Positions 1 through 7,913 of a DNA stretch of 64,000 nucleotides are shown here, piece after piece. A model generated the notes under the pieces. That model worked only from the letters and a program-made list of their open reading frames with translations, was not told the origin of the DNA and searched no databases. Both the position numbers and the translations under genes were made by a program. The stretch's first letter is position 1. The number at the start of each line of letters is the position of its first letter. Source of the DNA: a virus; the IMG/VR virus record IMGVR_UViG_3300021960_000018; one strand, 5' to 3'.

Positions 1-228
1 AGAAATATCAAATCCAAAGGCGGCTCTATTCGCTTGGTGTGCATATTCTAAAAGTCTATTTTTAATCCCCTGATCGCCTACCCACCGAATATCACTTCTT
101 CTATAATCCGCTTTAACTCCTTTTTCAGAAATACCAGCTTCGACCAATGGATATTGTTCACAGATACCTACAATTTCATCGACAATAGCGGCATCGCCGC
201 CTGGCCACATTCTCCAAATTTGATTCAT
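1..228 (-). CDS. 2OG-Fe(II) oxygenase, N-terminal part (runs off window edge)
   Basis: Not in the ORF track. ATG at 228 overlaps the TGA of 225..620 (ATGA). Translates MNQIWRMWPGG...YRRSDIRWVGD...AHQANRAAFGFDIS; R-x-S-x-I-x-W and AN-xxx-FGFDI resemble phage PKHD-type oxygenases. The HxD...H motif would lie outside the window. Confidence 0.65.
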   Translation of the reverse strand, partial: MNQIWRMWPGGDAAIVDEIVGICEQYPLVEAGISEKGVKADYRRSDIRWVGDQGIKNRLLEYAHQANRAAFGFDIS

Positions 229-620
229 GATTTATCTTTCTGCCTTTGCAATTTTGCTTGTCTAGTTTTAACTGGATTACGTTTAATCCAATTAGCATTA
301 TCTTCTAGTTCCGGGTTATGAATACCATCACCAGTAGCTCTTCTATGTTGCGGCTCAGTTAATTCGGACTTACCACCTGCGGGGGTAGGATCTGGGGTTT
401 CAAGATCCGGTGTATTCGGGGTAGGTTGATTCATAGCAATCCATTCTTCTTCAGTATAGGGGTTAACCTGTTCAGAATAATGGAATCCATAATACATTCT
501 TTCATACGCACTATCAGCCATAAGGTGCCGATGTTCATCGACCACCCTTTTTCTTTTTTCTTCATCTATATCTTTAAGTATGTCAGAAAATATTCTAACA
601 GCTTCCAGCGTGACTTCCAT
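225..620 (-). CDS. hypothetical accessory protein of the rSAM/Cys-rich locus
   Basis: 131-aa ORF tightly coupled to its neighbours; Pro/Thr-rich middle, basic tail; no recognised family. Confidence 0.7.
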   Translation of the reverse strand: MEVTLEAVRIFSDILKDIDEEKRKRVVDEHRHLMADSAYERMYYGFHYSEQVNPYTEEEWIAMNQPTPNTPDLETPDPTPAGGKSELTEPQHRRATGDGIHNPELEDNANWIKRNPVKTRQAKLQRQKDKS

Positions 621-621
621 T

Positions 622-1092
622 TTAGATTCCTAGCAGTTTATCCAAATCTTTTACTGCATCGACAAATTCCCCACCAGTACCTTCAAGAAATTCTTTATAT
701 TTTAAAGCTTCTTCGTTCAATAATCCCTGTTGATTTACATGAGGATGTGGGGGATCGTTACAAATAGTTTGGTTAGGATTACGACCATCTGTCATCATCC
801 CCTGAGATTGCCAATTTTGCATTTGCTGATGTGCATCTGCTGGATTATTAATAGTTAAAAAATCTACACCAGCTTTCGGAACTTGTGCAACTGGTCCAAA
901 ATGTCTCATCAAATCAACCGCAGATTCAATATGTTTAAGAATCATAAAGCCGGCGATAGCTGCTTTGTTATTCTGGTGTCTACTCAATTCTCCAAATTTT
1001 TGAATAGTATCACTAATTAGTTCTACTACTTCAAGCGGAAGAACTTGATTTTCAAAATCTTCATCTTCCAAATTTTCATTTTCTTCAGCCAT
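622..1092 (-). CDS. hypothetical accessory protein
   Basis: 156-aa ORF overlapping the upstream rSAM stop; acidic N-terminus. Confidence 0.7.
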   Translation of the reverse strand: MAEENENLEDEDFENQVLPLEVVELISDTIQKFGELSRHQNNKAAIAGFMILKHIESAVDLMRHFGPVAQVPKAGVDFLTINNPADAHQQMQNWQSQGMMTDGRNPNQTICNDPPHPHVNQQGLLNEEALKYKEFLEGTGGEFVDAVKDLDKLLGI

Positions 1093-1981
1093 TCAAGACT
1101 TCCCCTTCTTTAATAAAATGGTCAAATGGTAACATATTTTCATCATTTCCCAATGTAGCAAAAGTTTCAGCAGCGTAATAAGTTTTTCTAGAATGATTAC
1201 CCGTACAACCATCACAAGTATCACAGAAAAATGAACATATAGGATGTTCTAATTTACCGGTATTCCACAGTTCTCTTAATTTATCTGCTTGTGCCTTTAC
1301 TACTTCTTTTTGTTCTTCATCTAAATATTCTACGATTGATGTAATAACCCTTTTTGGATTAAACGCCTTTTGAATACGTAAAATATCTGGAGCAAAATAA
1401 TGATAATTATGCTGCTGAATAGTATAACGAATTCTAAAGTTAATAGGTAAACCTGCTAATAATTTACAAGCTTCAATCACATCAGTAGAAGATTCTTTTC
1501 CACTTCTATATATTCTATCTTTATTACCTACGCCGTCGTATGAAATATCCCAAGAGGATCTTTGATTAATCTCTGGATGGGCGGCAATATAATTTTTAAA
1601 TTCCTCGAAAAATTTAGGTTTGGTCCAACGAATTCCATTTGACACTACATTAAAATGAACATTAGATTTCTTTCTAGTAGCATATTCCATAGACCAGCAT
1701 AAATTTTCCCATTCAAGAGTTACTTCACCACCAAACATAACAAATAAAGTTTGGGATTCCATTGGTTCATTATCAATAGCTTTATCAATAGCAGCCTTTA
1801 GTTTGGCCCGGGTCATAATCTGTTTAGGCTGACCTTCTAATACCTCATAACAATATGTGCATGCAAGATTACATTGATTCGTAAAATATAAAACGTTTAC
1901 TGCAGTATCAGGAACTTCTTTATCATTTTTATGTTTATTATCGTAATAAATTTCATCCTGAATTTTCGGGGCGTTTGACAC
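1085..1981 (-). CDS. radical SAM protein with shortened Cys-rich C-terminus
   Basis: CNLACTYC (CxxxCxxC), FGGEV, ISYDG; C-terminal CSFFCDTCDGC. Confidence 0.88.
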   Translation of the reverse strand: MSNAPKIQDEIYYDNKHKNDKEVPDTAVNVLYFTNQCNLACTYCYEVLEGQPKQIMTRAKLKAAIDKAIDNEPMESQTLFVMFGGEVTLEWENLCWSMEYATRKKSNVHFNVVSNGIRWTKPKFFEEFKNYIAAHPEINQRSSWDISYDGVGNKDRIYRSGKESSTDVIEACKLLAGLPINFRIRYTIQQHNYHYFAPDILRIQKAFNPKRVITSIVEYLDEEQKEVVKAQADKLRELWNTGKLEHPICSFFCDTCDGCTGNHSRKTYYAAETFATLGNDENMLPFDHFIKEGEVLNG

Positions 1982-2258
1982 CTTTTAAAGCCTCCGACAT
2001 ATTTGTTACAAATTCAGTGAAATCAATTTGATAATCATATAGATGGTTTTGAATTACTTCTTCATCTTTAATATACGTAATATCGACTCGAGCTAATTTT
2101 TTGGATGCCACTCGATTTTGTAAATCTTGAGCCAGTTTTTCAGCAGACATAATCTTACTAGCATCATCCTCTGATATGCTATTTATCAGCTGCTTTGTAC
2201 TCTGTACAAGATCGATAACTTCTTTCTTAAGAATTGGTACAGGTAGATCAGGTCTCAT
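1953..2258 (-). CDS. hypothetical protein between rSAM genes
   Basis: 101-aa, helical-looking ORF with ATGA overlap to the upstream rSAM. Confidence 0.65.
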   Translation of the reverse strand: MRPDLPVPILKKEVIDLVQSTKQLINSISEDDASKIMSAEKLAQDLQNRVASKKLARVDITYIKDEEVIQNHLYDYQIDFTEFVTNMSEALKGVKRPENSG

Positions 2259-3340
2259 CCCATGCTCCTCATTAGATTTCTAACATAACCCTGGAATGCA
2301 GGTTCATATTTACATTCTCTTAATAATCTCATTGCTTGTTCATTAATCATATGAAATAACTCGCATACAGAATCGACTGGCGCATTGTTATTATTAATCT
2401 GTGAATAGGTACAACCCATATTACAAACTTGACGAAGGCGACATGTATCGCACTTTTTATGGTTTAAGTTTGATAATGCATTTTGCCAATATTCATAATC
2501 GTACGTAGCACCATCCATTGGCATAAGCTTTTTAGATGCGAAGCGAGCACATGGATAAAATTTTCCCTCTGGTACTAGAACCGCACCGGAATAACCTGCA
2601 AAGCAACCGAATGGTCTTTTACCTTTTGCAAGACCGATAGTCATATCCTGTAATGCAAGAGATAAGAATCCAACCGAAACGTTTCTTCCATCTTTAAAAT
2701 ATTGGATGGTTCTATCGGTTAATTTAATTAGTTCCTGATAGAATGTTCTAAGATGATCTTCTCTCCAAACATTATCACGAACAATACAGAAATCTGGATT
2801 CCATACACCCCAATCAACCAAGAATTCTAAATTCTCGGTCATTGTTCCCGCATTACCGGGATAGATCATAACTTTACAACCGGATCTACCATGCTTAAGA
2901 ACAAGATCTTTTTTGGCTTCATAGATCTCCATAATATCGTTAAACCCTTCATTCGCTTTATGGTTACGAATTAAAGGTCTTGACTCATTTGATCCAATGC
3001 CGTCAAAGCTCCAAGAGATTGAGATTTCATTATCTTCAATAAATTGGCTTTTATACTCATCGATCATAGTCATATTAGTAATAATAACTAGATGTTTACA
3101 TTTAGGATCACTTTTAAAATATTTAGTAGCATGCTCAATTAATTCCCAATTAAGCATGGGTTCTCCACCAAAGAATGATACTGCATATTCATCATTATTA
3201 CTTCTACGGATTAATTCCTGTAATTCATCTACGGAATTATCAAAAGTCTCTTTAGTAAGAAATGTCGGTTTATTCACAACATAGCAATAAGGACAAGCAA
3301 GGTTACATTGTTCCGTTGTAGATAATTCTAATGTAAACAT
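2255..3340 (-). CDS. radical SAM/SPASM peptide maturase-like
   Basis: CNLACPYC, FFGGEP, SFDG; SPASM CFAG...YPC...CDTCRLRQVCNMGC...C. Confidence 0.92.
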   Translation of the reverse strand: MFTLELSTTEQCNLACPYCYVVNKPTFLTKETFDNSVDELQELIRRSNNDEYAVSFFGGEPMLNWELIEHATKYFKSDPKCKHLVIITNMTMIDEYKSQFIEDNEISISWSFDGIGSNESRPLIRNHKANEGFNDIMEIYEAKKDLVLKHGRSGCKVMIYPGNAGTMTENLEFLVDWGVWNPDFCIVRDNVWREDHLRTFYQELIKLTDRTIQYFKDGRNVSVGFLSLALQDMTIGLAKGKRPFGCFAGYSGAVLVPEGKFYPCARFASKKLMPMDGATYDYEYWQNALSNLNHKKCDTCRLRQVCNMGCTYSQINNNNAPVDSVCELFHMINEQAMRLLRECKYEPAFQGYVRNLMRSMG

Positions 3341-4627
3341 TTATTCCCCCGGAATCACAAATTCTTTTTTAGCACTAATGCTAGATTTAACTTCTGCAGG
3401 AATCATTACGTGTTTTTTATTCGGAGAAGATTTCTGAACAGTACGTTCTTGAATATATCTAGGATCAGTTGCTTCTACTTCTACAAACTGATAAGTTGTT
3501 TGCGGAATGGCCATCGGTTGTCCAGTAGGTCTTGCTGCCATCACCGCATTAATAATAGGCGTAGCGGTTTTAAATACTGAACACATGCCGGTATTAGCTG
3601 GGTTATCCTGCCAAGCTGTACCATATCCTTTTTCTTTTTTAGCAGATTTCTCATAAGAAGAAGCTGGGCATTTTAGACAGAATGGGCTTGAGCAACTATT
3701 GCACCAGACCTCTGTATTTTTATTAAAGTCATCCAGATAGCTTTTATATTTTGCGGACATATCTTTAATGACTTCATTTAGATCTTCTTTCATTACATTT
3801 CCTAAAGCGTGATCGCTTTGGTTCCTGTACATACACCCGTGACAGGGATAACTCTGACCATCAAGATCAATAGAGATAACGTCGATACCTGCAGAACAGT
3901 TTGCTCTCGATTGTCTAAACCAACCGAAAGTAGTAAGTCGCATATTATTATCTAAAATGTGCCGCCCGATTTTAAGTAAGGAAACTTTTAAATCACTTAA
4001 CCACTCTGCGCGATCTTCTTTCGACGCAGTAGAGTGAACGTCCGGTGTAGGCATATAATCTTCGCCAACTGATTGAAAGTCGAGGAAGGCTTCATACATA
4101 TATTTAAAATTATGCCCTGATAAGGTTGGCTTAAGAGAAGCGCTGATCCCATTATCTTTTAACCATAAGAAATAATCTTTTACATTCGCAGAATATTTAG
4201 TAGAAACACCGCCTGTAGTCAAACGCTCTTTACTATTAATTGGCTCACCGTCATAAGAAATCTGGATATGAAGCCTTGGCTGACGAGTTCTTTTAGGATG
4301 TTTCATAAACTCATCGCGAAGCCATAGCAACTCTTTTTGGTATTTCTTAATATAAACCCCGTTTGTATAGAACATAAATGTTACTCTACGGTCATCCATA
4401 AGACCCTTCATAACATCCATACAAAGTTTCATATTCATCATGGGTTCACCGCCCCAGAAGTAAATGTTAATGTCATTATCATCTACTCCGCTGATCTTTT
4501 CGATAAGATCCCCAGCGCTTAATTCAGTATGTTGCTGAAAAGCAGAAGATAAACCGCAGGCGTCGCCTTCAGAACAATAGGTACACTTTAAGTTACATTT
4601 ACTTGTTGTGTTGATTTCTATATGCAA
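3341..4627 (-). CDS. radical SAM/SPASM peptide maturase-like
   Basis: CNLKCTYC, FWGGEP, ISYDG; SPASM CSAG...YPCHGC...CNSCSSPFCLKC...C. Confidence 0.92.
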   Translation of the reverse strand: MHIEINTTSKCNLKCTYCSEGDACGLSSAFQQHTELSAGDLIEKISGVDDNDINIYFWGGEPMMNMKLCMDVMKGLMDDRRVTFMFYTNGVYIKKYQKELLWLRDEFMKHPKRTRQPRLHIQISYDGEPINSKERLTTGGVSTKYSANVKDYFLWLKDNGISASLKPTLSGHNFKYMYEAFLDFQSVGEDYMPTPDVHSTASKEDRAEWLSDLKVSLLKIGRHILDNNMRLTTFGWFRQSRANCSAGIDVISIDLDGQSYPCHGCMYRNQSDHALGNVMKEDLNEVIKDMSAKYKSYLDDFNKNTEVWCNSCSSPFCLKCPASSYEKSAKKEKGYGTAWQDNPANTGMCSVFKTATPIINAVMAARPTGQPMAIPQTTYQFVEVEATDPRYIQERTVQKSSPNKKHVMIPAEVKSSISAKKEFVIPGE

Positions 4628-4922
4628 GTTTAATCTCCTCTAACTCACGTTTTAAACTTAGAACTTCTTGTCTAAGTTCTTGATTGGCTTTTAATGTTAA
4701 TACCGCCAATCCTCGATGATCGACTCTTTTAGTACCATCACTATCTATCCATATTAAAAGAGGATCTACATTTTCTAATTCATGTGCTAGTACACCGATT
4801 TCTTCGTGTCTCGGTCTAAAAGGCGAATCTATTTTATAACTATATTTGTAAATTCCAACAGTAGATAATCTATCCGCCCATTCCATATTTTTCAAACTCT
4901 CTTGTTTTCCATTCAATTCCAT
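4599..4922 (-). CDS. stand-alone body of a peptidase S74 intramolecular chaperone, lacking the N-terminal SDxxxK motif (start may be 4886, MEWADR)
   Basis: YKYSYK...IGVLAHELENVDPLLI...KRVDHRGLAVLTLKANQEL plus coiled coil fits the S74 pattern Y-x-W/Y-K...G-x-I/L-A-Q/H-E...VdY...AiqEL. Confidence 0.78.
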   Translation of the reverse strand: MELNGKQESLKNMEWADRLSTVGIYKYSYKIDSPFRPRHEEIGVLAHELENVDPLLIWIDSDGTKRVDHRGLAVLTLKANQELRQEVLSLKRELEEIKLAYRNQHNK

Positions 4923-5256
4923 TATCAGTTAGAAATTGTTCAACTTCGCTTCGAGTGACCCCGTCATATTTTAAAGTATAGGTATAACTTCTATTTTTCC
5001 ACATACAACATTCAGCAGCATAATTAAAAGTACCGGGCATAGGCTTTCGAGTAGTATTTTCTTTTTTACTCATTATAATAAGAAAGTTATTTGTAACGAT
5101 CTTTGCTCCATACTTATTCCATTCTGAAATATCTGGTAATGGTGTTTCTGGATCTACTTCTATTACCATCCCAGGTTTTAAAAAGCCTCTAACTTCTGTA
5201 AGAGCTAATTGATTAATACCCTTATCCGAAACTAATGTCATTATAGATCCCCCCAA
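4870..5256 (-). CDS. hypothetical accessory protein
   Basis: 128-aa ORF in the coupled operon; the start may be the internal MTLVS. Confidence 0.65.
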   Translation of the reverse strand: MGGSIMTLVSDKGINQLALTEVRGFLKPGMVIEVDPETPLPDISEWNKYGAKIVTNNFLIIMSKKENTTRKPMPGTFNYAAECCMWKNRSYTYTLKYDGVTRSEVEQFLTDNGIEWKTREFEKYGMGG

Positions 5257-5801
5257 AATTCATCCCATGAGGCTTTATCATCTGGACCGTGGGGTCTACA
5301 GTATTTACCATTAATTAATTCGCCTTCTCCTTTGAAATTGGGATAGATGTTTGCAACTAAATGAGGAGGAAAATCATAATCTTCGATTCTAATAATGCCC
5401 CACATAGAGCTCGGGAACATTTCCCCACCTAAATAAATCGCAGGATATGTCGTATGTCTACCAATGTGATCAGGATCGGTACGATTATATAAAGGCATGT
5501 CACCAATTTTTAGACTGGATGGATCAGCGCCTTCGATAAAATCAAATCCGAAAGCATTAAAATCTTCTAATAGTAATGCCATGTTCGATGCACCGGCAAT
5601 AGCATAATGTTCAACATATTTGTTATCTAATAAATCTTGCCAAGCATTATTTTCAGGATATATTCTTACTAAAAGTTCAGCTAAAAAATATACGGGCATA
5701 CCCACGGGCGATCCCGCTACTTCCATTCTCAGTGCTCTATCTAAAGATTTTTTCCAGCATTCTAAAATAATAGAAGCCTTTTCCTGTTTCGTCCAGCTCA
5801 T
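5241..5801 (-). CDS. hypothetical protein, possible degenerate NlpC/P60-like fold
   Basis: LKIGDMPLY...HTTYPAIYLGG resembles NlpC/P60 L-x-P-G-D...H-x-x-I-Y-x-G; no DCS catalytic motif. Confidence 0.5.
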   Translation of the reverse strand: MSWTKQEKASIILECWKKSLDRALRMEVAGSPVGMPVYFLAELLVRIYPENNAWQDLLDNKYVEHYAIAGASNMALLLEDFNAFGFDFIEGADPSSLKIGDMPLYNRTDPDHIGRHTTYPAIYLGGEMFPSSMWGIIRIEDYDFPPHLVANIYPNFKGEGELINGKYCRPHGPDDKASWDEFWGDL

Positions 5802-6169
5802 TTATTCTTTTCACTCCATATCCAAAGAATGCTATAAAGATCGCTAAGAGGATTATATAATTGCCGGGATCTTCCACCTGCAGTATTTTTAGAAGTATCT
5901 GGTTTATTCTTAATAGTTGTCATAAATTCCGAAAGAACCCGGGAAACATTGTCAGCTCCAAACCTTTCTGTTAACGGACCTTCAATATATTGAACCCCAC
6001 TTTTATAAAATGCTGGGGTATCAAATTCCACTCCGTCTACTTCCTGCCCACAGATATTATCGTTAGTTAAATATCCCCACATCATAAACAATAATAAATC
6101 ATCACTATTAGAAACTTCTGAAAAATTTCTTTTAAAAAAATCACTATTTTCAATATGTTTTACTAACAT
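5798..6169 (-). CDS. hypothetical accessory protein
   Basis: 123-aa ORF directly after the Cys-rich precursor; ATGA overlap with the next gene. Confidence 0.7.
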   Translation of the reverse strand: MLVKHIENSDFFKRNFSEVSNSDDLLLFMMWGYLTNDNICGQEVDGVEFDTPAFYKSGVQYIEGPLTERFGADNVSRVLSEFMTTIKNKPDTSKNTAGGRSRQLYNPLSDLYSILWIWSEKNK

Positions 6170-6176
6170 CTTTCAC

Positions 6177-6710
6177 TTAGTTCCTTCCATCTAGTCCTTT
6201 AATATTTTCTTTGACAACAGGATCAGAGCAGCACTTGTTGCAGTTACAGGTACAGAAGTTACAATTGCACGTGCAGAAGTTACAGTTACAAGTGCAGAAG
6301 TTACAGTTACAAGTGCAGAAGTTACAATTGCATGTACAAAAATTACAGTTACAAGTACAGAAGTTACAGTTACAAGTGCAGAAGTTACAGTTACATAGAC
6401 ATGCTGCTGACCAAGTATTCAATTGAGTAGTTAACTGATTAAATTCAGTAGCTTGAATTACTGCCGATGCTGTAGAATAGGGGAAAGTACCAATTCTAGC
6501 TGTCAAATCTGCTGCAAGATTATTTAAACGAGCAGCAGTAATTGCATTTCCTGCAGAAGCAGCAGGCCAGTTAGTACTTGTAGTAGAAGCACCTCTACGT
6601 GTTAATTCATTGATAGCTTGATCCCGAATATTATTCCAATCAACGGCATCAATAAGAGTGCCGGCAGCAACTGTTGAATATTGGTTATTAGCAGGACAGG
6701 GCGATCCCAT
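6177..6710 (-). CDS. Cys-rich repeat protein, putative rSAM-modified precursor with C-terminal S74 cleavage motif
   Basis: ~105-aa N-terminus with three AGxxIxAxxxNxL-like repeats, then 7x CNCNFCT + CNCNKCC, then SDPVVKENIKGL; 27 Cys in total. Confidence 0.85.
   Translation of the reverse strand: MGSPCPANNQYSTVAAGTLIDAVDWNNIRDQAINELTRRGASTTSTNWPAASAGNAITAARLNNLAADLTARIGTFPYSTASAVIQATEFNQLTTQLNTWSAACLCNCNFCTCNCNFCTCNCNFCTCNCNFCTCNCNFCTCNCNFCTCNCNFCTCNCNKCCSDPVVKENIKGLDGRN
6228..6395 (-). repeat. 8 x 21-bp coding tandem repeat (CNCNFCT heptads)
   Basis: Units such as TGTAACTGTAACTTCTGCACT; units 1-7 differ only at synonymous positions. Confidence 0.95.
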
Positions 6711-6713
6711 GGT

Positions 6714-7913
6714 TTATACCTTCACTTCTACTTGACCTTCACCACTATTTATAGCGACGCCAACGGTTAGTCCTGGGAGATAGGTTTCTGATGCAATTCC
6801 AAATCCAGACCCACCTGCAATAATATAATTGCCCTTTTTAGCCAAACCATGAATTTTTACAGGAATTCTACCTTTAAGAGCAATAAACGGCCAAAGTGGA
6901 TCATTTTGCTTTTCATCATCATCGTTCATTCTTAATCCAGGATTTTCGGAAACAACACCTGCAAGAGGAAGCCCAACTTGGTATAGTGTGACTTCATTTT
7001 TGCCACCAATACCTAAAACCGTACCAATAGGATATTCTTTATCTGCATGATATCTTTCTGCGAGGTCAGCAAAGTTAGCTGACGTTGCATTACCAGAGAA
7101 AGTGCTACAAGTTAAAGTATTACCTGTAAGCGTCATTTGAACCGTACCACCGGTTCCAGCATTATTCTCGGTATCACTATGCGATCCGCTAGTAAACCAA
7201 CTAAATCTGCTGGCGGATCTGAAGTATAAAGTGTTTGATTGAACGCCCAAACCGTAGCTAGAAGCATAAAGATCTACCATCTGTCTAGTTGCAGACCCGA
7301 ATGATATTTTAGAAGAAGTACCGAATTGCATATCGGTACCAGTAAACGCATCAGTAGTATCACTACGAAGGAATGATAGACTGTCAATGCCATCAAGTGT
7401 ATCTGCGTTTGATGGTCCTGGAGGCCCAACTGGTCCGGTAGGTCCCGTAGGACCTTCGGGACCGGTAGGACCAGTCGGTCCGGTTGATCCAGTGTCCCCG
7501 ACTGGAATAGTAAAGTCGAATACAGCAGCCGTTGATGTACCAGAGTTTGTAACTGATACCGAACCACCCGCTGGACCTGTAGTAACAGTTCCAACAGCAA
7601 TTGTCCCTGTTGGCCCGGTAGGTCCATTAGGTCCATTAGGACCAGTTGGTCCGGTTAAACCTCTAATCCCCCGAGTTAACCCAAAGTTAAATGTCGCAGC
7701 GGTTGTATCACCAGAATTTGTTACAGTCGGCGTTTGGTCGGAATCTAATAGAGATACAGTGCCAATAGTAATTGTTGCAGCAGTACCCTTTGGAGCATCT
7801 TTAAATGACGTGGCTTTCCAAATACCAGGATCAGAGTAATACGTATAGGTATTACCATTTATAGTATAAACCTGTCCATTCGTAGGACTGCCAGGAAAAT
7901 TTAATCTAGCCAT
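6714..7913 (-). CDS. tail fibre with collagen-like G-P-T repeats and C-terminal peptidase G2-type chaperone
   Basis: N-terminal [12 protein letters not shown] fibre motif; GPT/GPN triplets; C-terminal FADLAERY...GVVS.NP...[10 protein letters not shown]. Confidence 0.8.
   Translation of the reverse strand: MARLNFPGSPTNGQVYTINGNTYTYYSDPGIWKATSFKDAPKGTAATITIGTVSLLDSDQTPTVTNSGDTTAATFNFGLTRGIRGLTGPTGPNGPNGPTGPTGTIAVGTVTTGPAGGSVSVTNSGTSTAAVFDFTIPVGDTGSTGPTGPTGPEGPTGPTGPVGPPGPSNADTLDGIDSLSFLRSDTTDAFTGTDMQFGTSSKISFGSATRQMVDLYASSYGLGVQSNTLYFRSASRFSWFTSGSHSDTENNAGTGGTVQMTLTGNTLTCSTFSGNATSANFADLAERYHADKEYPIGTVLGIGGKNEVTLYQVGLPLAGVVSENPGLRMNDDDEKQNDPLWPFIALKGRIPVKIHGLAKKGNYIIAGGSGFGIASETYLPGLTVGVAINSGEGQVEVKV

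Noticed and set aside
4923-6176. Self-splicing intron or intein separating the S74 halves
   Set aside because: The interval is filled by three coupled ORFs with no endonuclease/RT motifs or recognisable intron core; not formally excluded without RT-PCR.
6228-6395. CRISPR array
   Set aside because: Contiguous 21-bp coding repeats with no spacers, and no cas genes.
6211-6426. Plus-strand ORF with QKLQLQV repeats
   Set aside because: Antisense shadow of the Cys heptads; the variation is synonymous only in the minus frame (Q/H changes in the plus frame).
7387-7839. Plus-strand collagen-like ORF (GPVGPV)
   Set aside because: Reverse-complement artefact of the G-P-T codons in the fibre gene.
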